Shown: positions 47,715 to 59,577 of the stretch, piece after piece
How the letters are laid out: the number at the start of each line of letters is the position of its first letter
Numbering within the stretch: the first letter of the stretch is position 1
Source: Mantamonas sphyraenae STR306
Lineage: Eukaryota > Protista > CRuMs
Length of the DNA: 64,000 bases
Reading direction: 5' to 3'
NCBI GenBank assembly: GCA_026936335.1
Contig: JAPMXV010000056.1
Location: forward strand, 186,001 to 250,000
Notes under the pieces: model-generated
What the model saw: the letters and a program-made list of their open reading frames with translations, nothing else
Told to the model about the DNA's origin: nothing
Database searches by the model: none
Translations under genes and position numbers: made by a program

Positions 47715-50072
47715 TCACAGGATGAGTGCATCCACACCGGCACCCATGCCACGGCCATACCCGTTGCCGCCCCACATGTCGCCTCCACCAAACATGGTCA
47801 TGTTGTTCATCTCGTCGAGTGCCTTTTGCTGGCACTCCACCTTTTTGTCCATGAGCTTCTTCAGATCCTCAAACATGCGCTTCTGCTGCAGGTTGTGCTG
47901 GTACGACGATTGGATCTCGCGCTTCTGGATGAGGAGCGCCTTGCCAAGCGACTCGAGTTCGCGCACACGCGTCTCGTAGTGCTCCTTGTGCGTCTTGTAC
48001 TCGTCCGACACGCGGTTCTCGCCCACATTGGCACGTGCCTCGTCGGCAATGCGTTCAGCGTGCACGCTGAGCTCCACGCTCTTTGCCTGCTGCATGTGGT
48101 ATGCGCTCTCTTCGCGCGCACTCTCCGACGCGCTTTGGTTCAGCTCCTCTTGCAACTTGCTCAGCTCCGCGTCCCAGCCCGCACGCAGGTTTTCGTACGT
48201 CGTTTTCTTCTCCTGATACTCTGCGTCCACACCCTGGAAGTACTCGCGCATGGCGCGCAGCTCCTTGATCTGCGGGGCCAGCGTCGACTTGCGCTCCAGG
48301 ATCTCTGCGTTCAGGTTCTTCACCACCTCTGAGTACTCCTTGAGTGCCTCCCCCGTGGCCATGTCTGCGCGTGCCTTTTGTTCGCTCAGCTTCTCCAGCT
48401 GCTGCTGTGTGGCCATGTACCCGACCACGCCGTGCTTCTCTTCCAGCTTCCGCAGGACCTCCTCCACGTTGTCGCAGCGTGTCTTGAGCACCTCGATCGT
48501 GTTGCTCGCAATCTTGTTTTCTGTGTTCAGCTGGCCCAGCTCCGACGACATCTTGGTCCACAGGTCCCGCTTCTGCTTCAGCTGCACAATCTGTCGCTCG
48601 AAATCGGCTCCACGCGGCATCTGCGATGTGTGTGAGTGCGCTTGCATGTCAATACCATCCTGCTCATCATCCTGCTCTCCCCACACGTGTCACCTACATC
48701 GCTGCCTGCATACTGCTGCATCGAATCCTCCTTGTGGCGAACCATCTGCTCGAGCTTGAGCTTCTCGTCCTGCAGATGGGAAAGCTTGTTGGCCGCCTGT
48801 TGCTTGTTCATCTGCACCGACTGTGTCTGTTGGCGCAGCAGCGAGAGGGTGTCGTCCTCTGTGTTGCGTGCCTGAGCGCGCTTCTCTTCCATGGCGCTAA
48901 TTTCGCTTTTCAACGCCAGGCAGTCGCGATGGAGCGATTCAAGGTCGGACTCGGTCACGCTGGGCATATCCACAATCTTTTGCAGCGTTTCCACCTTTTG
49001 CTTCTTGTCTTCAATGTCCTTGGGCAGCTTGTCGCTGGCAAGGAACGCGTTGCGCTTCATCTCTTCCGACAGGCGGTTGAACAGGGCCATGGGGCCTCCC
49101 GAGCCCACACGTGCCGTTTGCACACTGTGAAGGCGAGCTTTGAGACGTTGGACCTTTTGGTCTGCCTGCAGCAACAGCATCTTTTGCGTCTTGAGTTTGT
49201 TGGCAATCTCCTGCTCCTTCTGCTGCTCCTTGCGCAGCATGCTGGTCACTTCGTACAGGTCTTCGAACCTTTCGTTGCTTTCGATGCGTTTGCGCAATTT
49301 GCCAATCTTGGATTCCAGCTGCTCGCGTTCGGCTTCCAACGCGCCGATCTTCTCCTTGGTCTCCTCGGGGTCGTTCGCATGTTTGCGCAGCTTCGTCAGC
49401 TGCCTATGCACCACCGTAAACTCACGACGCAGCTCCTCAAACGTCTCAAAGGCCATGAGCACGCCTGTAGGGCGTCCCGCGGGGCGGTGTGAGTTGATCG
49501 CGCGCCAAAAAAAACGCTCGGCCGTTTGTTCCGCACACCCGCCAAAAGTGTGGCTCACCTTCGTCCTGGAAGTACTCATCGGGCACGTCGATGGGGGCAA
49601 GGAACTTGGCCAGGTACGCGCGCTTCTTGAGATCGTCAAACTTGGTGAGCACGAAGCGCAGGATGGCATAGATGGTGTCTTTGTCGGCGGCGGCCAGCGC
49701 CTGCTGGAAGGTGACGCTGCGCGAGAAGAGGAATCGGTGAGTACACAATGTGTGTGATAGCTACGCACACAAACATGTTTGTGTGTGTGTGTGTGTGTGG
49801 GGGGGGGGGGATTGGGATGGAAAGGCACACACATACAGGTCGACGCCCGGTTTGTAGTTGAGGACGAGGGCAAATCGGGCAAGGCGTTCCGCGGTTTCTT
49901 CAGCCTGTTCGTCGCGCACGTCCTTGGCCATGTCCGAGTCCAGTTCGGTGAGAATGTCGTTGAGCAACTGCAGCAGCGCATGGCTCTTGAGTTCGGAAAA
50001 CTCCACCAAGGAGATGTCCCTGTTCCATGGTTCGCTGCGAAGCAGGTCGCGCAGTTCCTTCACGATCGACAT
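47715..50072 (-). CDS. IFT81: Intraflagellar transport protein 81 (4 exons)
   Basis: N-terminal CH-like EPWNRDISLVEFSEL..LLQLLNDIL..VLNYKP, DLKKRAYLAKFL, LEEKHGVVGYMATQQQLE, LAPQIKELRAMR. Confidence 0.93.
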
Positions 50073-50294
50073 CGGGAAATGTTTTGATTTGGTTGCTGCT
50101 GCGCAACCTCGCAAACCGGGAGAAAGGGGGGGGAGGGGGGAGGGGGAACACACTTCTTGCATTCAGGTGGTGAGGAGTGGAGGAATGAGTGCATGTGTGT
50201 GGGGTGTGTTGGGGGTGCGGTGCGCTCCGAGTCCCACACAAACTCGCACAGGCATCCCTCACTCTCACCTCTCTGCACACAAAAGCAAGCACGG

Positions 50295-52871
50295 ATGAGT
50301 GCATCCGAGTGGGGGCCGGCACAGCTGAAATCGACGCTGGAGCGTCGAAAACGCGCGCCTTTGCTGTCTGCAGACGAAAGCAGCGACGTGGCACCGGGCA
50401 GCCCGGGAAAGGAACGGCGACGACGGGCCAAGGGACGGCGCACGTCGTCCTCGTCGGTGGCCGCATCGCACACACAGCGTTCAGCCACTGTACCATCGAA
50501 CACACTGAAGCAAATTGAACGAGGAGTCCGTCTGGCAGTGCTGGGACTGGGTTTGCTGGGCTTGGCGTTGTTGGCCGTCGATCTTGTTCGTTTGTCCCTC
50601 CTTGACGAGCAGCACATGCAAGTGGCTGCATTGATTATTGTGGTGACGTGTTTGTCACCCTTCCTGGTTTCATGGTACGTGTATGGTGTGCGCTTCCATG
50701 TGTCCCAGCGACTGTGTGTGTGCGTGTGTGCACTGGGCACAGGGAGGCACCCAAGGCCTCTTTTTGTGCCACACGACCCTCCCCCCTCCGCTGCTGACAC
50801 GTATGCTGATCCACACTTGTGGTGCCCCGGGTGTAATAACAGGACGAGTGGCACACTGGACTTTCTGCCGGAAATGGTGCGGGAGGGCATGGTGCCGGTG
50901 GGGGCGTTGGTGGTGATGTGTGCGGCACTGGTGTTTCGTGCGCAGGGGCGTGTGGAATGGGAAGAACAGCTTCTTGGCTGGGCAGTGCTGCTCACGGGCA
51001 TCCCATTGCTGGGTGACACAGTGAGCGAGTTGCTGGAGGGCAAGTTTGACGTGGACCTCATCGCTCTGCTGTCGCTGTCGGTGGGCTACTTTCTGGGCGA
51101 CCGGTACACCTCGCTGGTCATTGTCATCATGCTGACGGGCGGCGAGACACTGGAGGCGTACGCGGTGGCGCGTGCGGGACGCAATCTGCGGGCGTTGCTG
51201 GAAACCAAGGAGCGGGTGGTGAAGCGGTTGGCCACGGGCGATCTCCACGCCGACAGCGAGAGTGTGGACATTGCCCTGGTCAACGTGGGCGACCATCTGC
51301 TGGTGCAACCGGGTGAAATGGTGCTTGTCGAAGCCACAATGGAGTCGGCGACAGGACTGATGGATGTGTCGCGCATGACCGGCGAAGGGTTGCCCCAGGT
51401 CGTTGCCCAGGGCGAATGCGTCCTTTCCGGCTCCGTCAACCTGACCCATCCCGTCGTGCTGCGTACGGACAACCAATGGCCGCACAGCACGTACGCACGC
51501 TTGCAAAGCGACCTGAAAAAGTCGCTCAAGAAAAAGTCCAGCATCGAAAAGATTGCCTCCCGTTATGCAGCGCTGTTCACACCCCTCACCGTCTTTCTGG
51601 CAGGTGTGGCTTTCCAGGCCGCGGGCCAGGATTGGCAACGGGCCCTGGCTGTGTTTTCCTGTGCCACGCCGTGTCCGCTGATCATCGGTGTGCCGGTGGC
51701 CATGGTGGCTGGCATTGCGCTGGCTGCGCGTCACGGCATCATCGTCAAGAGTGGCACCGCAATGGAGGCCGTGGGCGTGTGTGACACGGTGGTGTTTGAC
51801 AAGACCGGCACATTGACGGTGGCCGCGGCAGAGTTGACCCACACCTACAGCGTGAACTACGGGTTCAGTGAGAGCAAGGTGTTGCAGGTGGCAGCGAGTG
51901 TGGAGTGCTTCTCCGACCACATTCTGGCCAAGGCCATCACCAGTGCGTTTGTACGCGAGTCGGACCACGTGTATGCCACTCGCAATGTGGAGGAACACGA
52001 GGGCTACGGCGTCTCGGCGGAAATCCACATGGGGGTGGAACAGGCGTTGGACAAGAGTGGCGACGCAAGCCTAAGTGACACGGCAGAAGCAGCAAGCGAG
52101 ATGGCAGCCGACAAGGGCGCTGACAAGGGACGCACGCGCTCGGGCTCGTTCCACACCTACCACCCCGTGCACATCGGCAGCCGCAACTACATGGAATCGC
52201 TCGGAGTGGACGTGAGCGAGGTGGACGTGTTTGCAGAGTCGTCAGAGGTGGGCGCACAGGCGCTGGTGACATATGTGGCCTTGGACCACCAACTGCTGGG
52301 CTTCATGTTGTTTGAGGACGTGGTGCGCGAACAGAGCGCCGCCGTCGTGAGCCAGCTGCGTCAGCACGGCGTACGTCGCATCGTGCTCCTGTCCGGTGAC
52401 ACAAGCAGCACGGTGGAGCGTGTGGCAGGCCAGGTGGGCATTGACGAGTGGTACGCAGAGTGTTTGCCCGACGACAAGGTCCAACTTGTGCGCTCCTTGC
52501 AACAGGACGACGGCTGCCGCGTCCTCATGGTCGGTGACGGCACAAACGACGCCCTGGCCCTGCGTGAAGCCACGCTGGGGGTGGCCATTGCCACGCGTGA
52601 CTCCCTGGCATCGGCCTCTGCAGACGTGGTCATTGCCACCGACCAGATCACAAAGGTGGCCCAGCTGGTTCACTTGGGCCAACGCGTACGTGCCATTGCT
52701 TCCGTCACCGCCTTTGGAGGCATTGGCCTCTCTCTCATCCTCATGGCCATTGCCTCCTTCGGTTACATCGTCCCCTTCCACGGTGCCCTTTTGCAAGAGG
52801 CCGTCGACGTCCTCAGCATCCTGAACAGCATGCGCGTTTTGGGCGTCGCGTTGACTGTAGTCGCTGCTTGA
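50295..52871 (+). CDS. Heavy-metal P1B-type ATPase, P1B-5-like (probable in-frame intron ~50676-50842)
   Basis: MTGE, ATPCPL, FDKTGTLT, SDHILA, LLSGD, MVGDGTNDA, GALLQEAVDVLSILN. Confidence 0.92.
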   Translation: MSASEWGPAQLKSTLERRKRAPLLSADESSDVAPGSPGKERRRRAKGRRTSSSSVAASHTQRSATVPSNTLKQIERGVRLAVLGLGLLGLALLAVDLVRLSLLDEQHMQVAALIIVVTCLSPFLVSWYVYGVRFHVSQRLCVCVCALGTGRHPRPLFVPHDPPPSAADTYADPHLWCPGCNNRTSGTLDFLPEMVREGMVPVGALVVMCAALVFRAQGRVEWEEQLLGWAVLLTGIPLLGDTVSELLEGKFDVDLIALLSLSVGYFLGDRYTSLVIVIMLTGGETLEAYAVARAGRNLRALLETKERVVKRLATGDLHADSESVDIALVNVGDHLLVQPGEMVLVEATMESATGLMDVSRMTGEGLPQVVAQGECVLSGSVNLTHPVVLRTDNQWPHSTYARLQSDLKKSLKKKSSIEKIASRYAALFTPLTVFLAGVAFQAAGQDWQRALAVFSCATPCPLIIGVPVAMVAGIALAARHGIIVKSGTAMEAVGVCDTVVFDKTGTLTVAAAELTHTYSVNYGFSESKVLQVAASVECFSDHILAKAITSAFVRESDHVYATRNVEEHEGYGVSAEIHMGVEQALDKSGDASLSDTAEAASEMAADKGADKGRTRSGSFHTYHPVHIGSRNYMESLGVDVSEVDVFAESSEVGAQALVTYVALDHQLLGFMLFEDVVREQSAAVVSQLRQHGVRRIVLLSGDTSSTVERVAGQVGIDEWYAECLPDDKVQLVRSLQQDDGCRVLMVGDGTNDALALREATLGVAIATRDSLASASADVVIATDQITKVAQLVHLGQRVRAIASVTAFGGIGLSLILMAIASFGYIVPFHGALLQEAVDVLSILNSMRVLGVALTVVAA

Positions 52872-53028
52872 ATTGGACGACGATGGTTGCGGTTGGCTCT
52901 GGGTGAGCAGAGTAGAAAATGGAAGCGAAACTGGCAAACGATGGGCATTTTTGATTGAAGTGTTGTGTGTTGTGTTGTGTGTCCATGTGTGTGTGTGTGT
53001 GTGTGCATGAGGAGAGCGGAAAAGGCAA

Positions 53029-54020
53029 TCATTCCTCTTCCTCCTCGTCGGAGCTGTCGTCGTCAGAGTCTGTCTCATACTCGCTCGAGTCGTCGTCCGA
53101 ATCGGCACGCCTCTTGGATTTGCCCTTCTTTGTCGCCTTCGCCTTCTTGGAGGAGGAGGAGGAGGAGGCTGTGGACTTGCTGACCTTGACCCTGGTCTTG
53201 CCGATGTTGTTGATGGAATCAAAGTTGAGCTTGCCGTCCTTAAACTCCTTTGCGCGCAGCACTTCGTCCGGCACCTTCTTGCCCTTGAGCTGCTTGAGCT
53301 TCTCGCCCTTCTTATCGGGCTGCGAGCGGTATGTCTCCTTCAGGCCCTTTGCTCCCAGGTAGGCCTGGTTGGCGTCCATACGCTGTGCGGTGTGTGCGAG
53401 TGTCGGTGGGGCGTGTGAGCGACTGGGACGCGCAAGGCAGCGTCGAGAGGGGAAATCCTTGAAAGAGCGCAGCCTCTCCGCCCAACTTTTGGCGACCCAC
53501 GTACGCTTCGCAGAGCCTTCAGATTGACGTCAATGCGGTCCAGTTCGTTGGTTTGCATGAGAAGAAACTGCGTCATGTGTGTGGAAATGGTGTGGATGTG
53601 CAGGGCCACGTTCTGTAGCGCGCCCGAGGTGAAGCCCTGAAGTCCCGTTGTCGCGCCGCAAACGAGTCAGTTTCTGCTTTTTGCCACACGGCCACGTGCG
53701 GCAATGTGCGGTGCATGTGTGTGTATGTGTGTGTGCGTGTGTGTGGCATGTGTGTGTGTGTGTGTGTGTGTGTCCCTCTTGCTGCTCTCTCTCACCTCTG
53801 CCTTGCTCTTGACGGTGTCGTCGCCTGGGTTTTTGCTCCACGACTTGTCCACCCACGCCGCAATCTGCTCGATCTTCTTGCTGTTTTCCTCCAGTTCACT
53901 CAGCGACGTCGGCATCACCTTGAGTGCCATCTTCTGTGCCTCCTCCGGCAGCGCCGACAGGTCCTGTGTGGGCACATGCGACTTGGCCTCTGTGCTTTCC
54001 GACGACTCGGACGAGGACAT
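53029..54020 (-). CDS. Abl-interactor (ABI)-like WAVE complex subunit, multi-exon
   Basis: SLSELEENSKKIEQIAAWVDKSW..NVALHIHTISTHMTQFLLMQTNELDRID resembles the ABI N-terminal WAVE-binding helices. No SH3 domain seen. Confidence 0.6.
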
Positions 54021-54197
54021 GGCGTGGAGTTTTTTTGGTTGTGTGCCCATGTGCATGTTTGAAATTGCTTTGCTGATGCCAGGCAGGGATCACACAATGG
54101 CAGATGACAGCGTGCGACTGTGCACATGAATGCATGAATGCAATTCGCTGCGCCTGAGAGACCAGAGTGTTTGCTGCTTTGCCATCCCGCTCACAGC

Positions 54198-54228
<31 letters not shown>

Positions 54229-54235
54229 GGAAAGC

Positions 54236-55966
54236 ATGCAAGGCGATTTCCAAGGCCAAATCGACACGGCCCTCTCGGACGACGCGTTTCTGGAAGCGTA
54301 CAGCAGCTACACGGGGAAGCGTAGCATGCTGGTGGGCTCCATCCAGGGAGTGAGCGGCTCCGATCTCAGTTCCGAGACGCCGCAGACACCGACAACGCCG
54401 GGAAATTATGCAGAAAACTCGTATGACGACCAGTCGACGATCCCATCGAGCGTCACCGACCGGGAGGCCTTCATAACGTGGACGCCGTCCAACACGGGTT
54501 TCCACAGGCGGCTGGTGAGCGACGAGGAGGACGAGGACGACGACGACGAGCTGGTGTACGCCCACGGAGGGTTTTCCATGAGCGACGAGGATGGGCTGGC
54601 AGTAACCCAAGACATGTTGGACCGTGTGGCAAGCGGGGGACAGGCGTCGTCGTCGCACAGTGATCGCACACCTTCGGAGTACGGGTACAGCGTGGCCAGC
54701 ACGGCGTATTCGGTGCGCAGCAACGAACACTCGCTGATGCGCACGCCGCTGTTGGACAGCAGCTCGTCGTTGATGAGCGGACGGTTGCCCATCGAGACGC
54801 CTGCGGGCGTGTTGCAGCGGCAGCTGAACACGCGGCTGACAAACAACTGGCTTCTCGTTCCGCTGCTTGTGTTGCTGCAAACCACACAATACGTCTCCTA
54901 CAAAAAGGTGGGCATCCTGATGGAAAACTACTCCTTCGAACTGACGCAATTCCAGGCCCTGTTCACGCTGGTGGTCCTTGCCGTCCTGCGCCTCCTGCGA
55001 CGCCTCGTGGCTCCTGAGGAGCAATGGCAGGCCACCAAAATGCCTCTGCGCAAAGCCATGGTCATGGGACTCCTCGTCTGCTTTGCCCATCTGCTGTTCA
55101 ATTTCGGCAACTCGGGCGGCGCCCTTTCGGGCATCCAGATGGTGGTCATGTTGGCCATCACCGCCCCGCTGTCCACAGCCACTTCGGTGGTCCTACTCAG
55201 GCGAAGCTATCGTCCACTGCATTACGCAGCCATTGCCATGGTGCTACTGGGCATCGGGTTGGTGCTCTTGGGCGACCTGGAGGTTGCCTGGGCCTCAAAT
55301 CGTTCGCTCAGCGCCCTGACTGTCCTCGCCTCTGCCGTGCCCTTGGCACTCAGCTTCAGCTTTCTGCGACAAAACGTCGAACTGACGCGTGTGGACGAGC
55401 TGCAACTGTGGACCACCATCACTGCCTGCCAGCTGCTCATCGGCTTTGTGTTCCTGCCCACCGTCGTCTTTGATCGCGTGCCCTGGTCTCAGGTGCTCGA
55501 TCACGTGGCCAACTCCACACGTTGTGTGCTCTTGGGTCACGATGTGTATCCAGGAGACCGGTGTGGCACGCTGCTGGGCTGGTTGATTGTCCGCGCCGTG
55601 TTCTACACCCTCTTTACCATCATGTTCACCTTTGCCATGCGTGTTCGCAAGCTGACAATGAGCATGTTGGTGCATGCTCTGGCCATGTCCCTTGCAGGAG
55701 GCCTCATGGCCTGGCCTCTCGTCATGCACAACGACGCTGCCTCTGCCAGTCCCCTCGACATTGCCGGCCTTGTCATTTGTCCTGTGGGGCTGCTTGCACA
55801 GGCCTACTTCCGTCACAGCCGTGCACGTGCCTCATCCTTGGCCAAGCATCAGCGACGGCGCAGGAGACAGCGTGATTGGCGCGAACGGCAGTCCACCGTC
55901 AACCGCGAGCGCACTGCACGCATTCTTGCGGAGCGGGAGAAGCAGATCCAAAAGGCGGTGGCATAG
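54236..55966 (+). CDS. CRT-like (CLT) drug/metabolite transporter with long acidic N-terminus
   Basis: About 10 TM helices; VSYKKV..MENYSFELTQF, ASAVPLALS, and lumenal CVLLG..PGDRC motif. Confidence 0.7.
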   Translation: MQGDFQGQIDTALSDDAFLEAYSSYTGKRSMLVGSIQGVSGSDLSSETPQTPTTPGNYAENSYDDQSTIPSSVTDREAFITWTPSNTGFHRRLVSDEEDEDDDDELVYAHGGFSMSDEDGLAVTQDMLDRVASGGQASSSHSDRTPSEYGYSVASTAYSVRSNEHSLMRTPLLDSSSSLMSGRLPIETPAGVLQRQLNTRLTNNWLLVPLLVLLQTTQYVSYKKVGILMENYSFELTQFQALFTLVVLAVLRLLRRLVAPEEQWQATKMPLRKAMVMGLLVCFAHLLFNFGNSGGALSGIQMVVMLAITAPLSTATSVVLLRRSYRPLHYAAIAMVLLGIGLVLLGDLEVAWASNRSLSALTVLASAVPLALSFSFLRQNVELTRVDELQLWTTITACQLLIGFVFLPTVVFDRVPWSQVLDHVANSTRCVLLGHDVYPGDRCGTLLGWLIVRAVFYTLFTIMFTFAMRVRKLTMSMLVHALAMSLAGGLMAWPLVMHNDAASASPLDIAGLVICPVGLLAQAYFRHSRARASSLAKHQRRRRRQRDWRERQSTVNRERTARILAEREKQIQKAVA

Positions 55967-56140
55967 ATAGTGTTGTTTGGAAAGCAAAACAAACGCCATG
56001 TGGTGATGATGATGATTTCAGTTTTTGTTTTTGCCCGTCCCGAGGCAGCGCCGCATTTTACGCGGACGCGCTCAAACGAAAGGGGCACCCGGATTGCTCA
56101 GAAATGAAGCAAGATGTGGAGTGTGCGACCACAAGGAGAA

Positions 56141-57207
56141 TTACTCCTCGTCCTCGGTCTCCTCGGCGGCGGTCTCCTCAGCCTCCTCAGCCTCCTCGGG
56201 CTCAGCGGCGGACTCAACCTCCTCCTCGGGCTCCTCAGCTTCCTCCTCCTCCTCGGTCTCCTCGGGCTCGGCGGCGGACTCAACCTCCTCCTCAGCCTCC
56301 TCGGGCTGCTCCTCCTCGGCCTCAGCCTCCTCAGTCTCCTCAGCCTCCTCGGGCTGCTCCTCCTCGGCCTCGCTCTCGACCTCGCTCTCGGGCATCTCCT
56401 CCTCGGGCTCCTCAGTAGCCTCGACCTCGGAGTCCTCAACCTCGGCGGCGTCGTTGTCCTCCTCGTTCTCCTCAGCGCTGTCGTTCTCGCTCTCGGGCTC
56501 CTCCTCAGAGTCCGAGCCCTCGATCTCAGACTCCTCGTCGTCAGAGTCCTCGGGCTCCTCCTCGGCCTCGCTCTCGTTCTCGCTCTCGGGCTCCTCAGCC
56601 TCCTCGGCCTCGGACTCCTCAGACTCGACCTCGCTCTCGGGCTCCTCAGCCTCCTCGGCCTCGGACTCCTCGGACTCGACCTCACCCTCGCTCTCGTTCT
56701 CAGCCTCAGTCTCGGGCTCCTCCTCCTCAAAGTCCTCGGGCTCAGCCTCCTCCTCCTCCTCAACCTCCGGGGTCTCCACGGCGGTCATCTCCTCAGTAGC
56801 GGTCATGGGGGCCTCCATAGCGCTGTGAGTGCGCGTTGTTGTGTGAGTCGCATTTTTTTCCACATCCCTCCTTTTTTTCGTGCCCTTTTTTTTGCCAGCG
56901 CAGCGCACATTTTTCGGGCCTCCCACGATGCTAGCAGCACCGTGGATGCCGTGCATGCATAGAAACACGTGCGCACACGCCGTCGCCATGCATACACACC
57001 CGATGCGCGTCACAACACTGCTTCTGCAGGCCGGAGGGTGCGCTCGAGAGGGGAAAATGCGGCCGCTGCTCGGAGAAATCCTCCCATGCAGCCTTGGTGG
57101 CGTGAACAACCTACCTGGCGGTGATCTCAGCAGCGGTCCTCGGCGGAATCGATGGCGAATGCAGTGGCGCACAGGGCCAGCAGCACAATAGCGATGAACT
57201 TGTTCAT
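56141..57207 (-). CDS. Secreted hyper-acidic Glu-rich protein (exon 1 57207-57115 with one apparent indel; exon 2 56822-56141)
   Basis: MNKFIAIVLLALCATAFA signal peptide; AG|GTAGGT..CACAG|C phase-2 intron; the 225-aa segment from MEAPM contains no K, R or H. Confidence 0.65.
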
Positions 57208-57455
57208 GTGTGTGTTTTGGTTTTTTGTTGTTGCGGCCTACGCACACCATCCTCTCATCCAGCATTCCCCAATGTCACCTTTCGTCCACACCGCGTCTGT
57301 TCATGTGCATTTTCGTCTGTTTCACAGTTCGTGTGCCCACAAACGCTGCCACAAGGCCCATATCCTCCTGGCCGAATCTGTGCGGCCACACGACCGTTAG
57401 CAAGCAGCAATCACCACACGCGATGAATCATCACACCCCCACCTGTGTGTTCAAC

Positions 57456-57900
57456 TCACATTTCTATGCCCTCTAGGAACCTCTCACGCTCGTCTGAGTA
57501 CCAGAACCGGCTTGGCTGCTCGGGGAAGTTCGCCTGCACGGGAGGTTATTTTGTGAGCAACCCTTGGCCTGGTGTGCGATGGATGGACATTGTACCCCTC
57601 CCAAGCGCACCTCTAAACTTTGCAAAATATCCCCCATGTTGTCTCGCACGTAGAGTTTGGTCTCCTCCATCTGTCTCCTCCGCGTAAGTGGCTCATGGAA
57701 GTATTCTGCAGCTTTGGGAAACTGAGATCCGCAATGACGAACACTCTCCCGAACACGATATCGCCCTGCCCACTCACCTCGTCAAGCAGCGTGCAAAGTG
57801 TGTGTGTGCTTCGTTGGAGGGTGACCCTGCACGCAAGCATGAGTTCGTCGTCTTCCCTGTTGTCCTCAGACTCAGAGTCGCTATCTTCGGTCTGCGACAT
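57456..57900 (-). CDS. Small hypothetical protein (~86 aa, 3 exons)
   Basis: MSQTEDSD..LLDE|MEETKLYVRDNMGDILQSLE|ANFPEQPSRFWYSDERERFLEGIEM*, joined by two phase-0 GT-AG introns. Confidence 0.5.
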
Positions 57901-57976
57901 GGCCGCCAAACGAATTTCCGTGTTGGCTTCGATGGTGCGTTGATCACACTTCCCATCACACATCGCCAAACAGCAT

Positions 57977-59544
57977 ATGCCTCAACTGACACCTACCACA
58001 CCCATGGCCATTGTTGCACGTGTCCCACAGTCGTCGTTGACCGTGGAGAGCCTGCTCCGCGTCGATGCGCAGCCGCGGGGCATGAAGACCTCTGGTTCTG
58101 TGCGCTCTATGGCCTCCAACAGTTCCATACGTCGCCACAAAGCATCACAAAGTGCCAACGAACAAACACGCAATGTATTTTCGCCGCGACGGCGACTGAC
58201 ACGATCGCGGCGACGCATCATCGAGCAAGGCATTGAAGAGGCTCAGCACCAGGTGCAGCGCATGGGCCAGGAGATGAGCTACAGCTTTCGCTCGCACGAC
58301 AGCGTCATCCCCAATCCCGAGAGATTGGTGTATGAAAAGGTAGGCGGCGGCAAGCACGAGGTGTTTGCCGTTGACGAGCGCACACACGAGGTATTCCGTC
58401 CGCAGAGCGCACACGACGAAAGCACACACACGAAACTGTTCCGCACAGCACCTGCATTGCCAGCAGATGCACACAGCATGCTGCACCATTTCGCCGCGCG
58501 GCGTAAGCTGCATACGGCGCGTCTGAAAGCCAAGCGAACAGCCGTCACCAACCACGAGGGCATGCTGGAGGAGCTGCTGATCGACACCGAGCTGGTGGAG
58601 GACATCCGAAACGATGAACGAGGTGACATGGTGGCCCAGGCCACCCTGGGAGATTTGTGGCACGGTATGGTGGCCACAAAGGAAACGCAGTTCGAACGGC
58701 ACTTTCGCAAAGCCTTCCGCCGCGTGGCCGGTGCAGGCTACGAGGATGTGGAAGCGGAGCTGATGGCACGTGGCAAGTGGAAGGGTCGAGATCAGGCACT
58801 GTGGCGACACCACAGCCAGCACCAGGCGGCTGCCAAGGCACGCCGTCCAGGTCGACGAGCCCCTCGCACGACAGCAGGCACTTCAGCAGACACCGCCCCA
58901 GCTTCCAGTGTGCAGCCCCTTGCCCAAAAGCTGGACCCGTTCACTGTGGTCGTGCGCATTGGCCAACAGGCCGCAGACGCCGATTTGGAGGAGGAACTGC
59001 GGGAAGACGACGAACTCCGACGCTCCCTATTCTTCATTGACGAGGATGAGGGCGACGACGACGACGGAACAGCTCGTCATCATCTCGAGCATTCGCCACG
59101 CCAGAGTCGCCATCGCGGTGATGGATGGTGGCGCAAGGAGGAAGCGGACGTGGACGTGGAGGCTCCGTTTACAGCCCAACTCACAGGCAGATCGCTGCTG
59201 GGCACGGAAGACGGCCTGAGTTTACATCCAACCAACACGGCTGGAGTGCCGCGTGTTCGCAGAGCGGCGCTGGAACGTGTGTACCGGCCACCCGCGTTTG
59301 AGTTTTCCGGTCGCCAGCAGCAGCTGCGCTCAGAGGCAAGGACGTCGCCAAAACTGCGCACACGTAAAGGAGGCCACAGAGAAGCACACGCGGAGCTGAT
59401 GAAACGCAAAGGACGTGTTCGAAGGCGTCTCGAGGAGAGTTCGGAGCTCCATCAACGCTACGCGGACATCCGGAAGCAAGCGCAGGAGGAAGCGATAGCA
59501 GCAGAGATGGGACAAACGGGGAGTGAGATGACAGACACGGCCGC

Positions 59545-59577
<33 letters not shown>

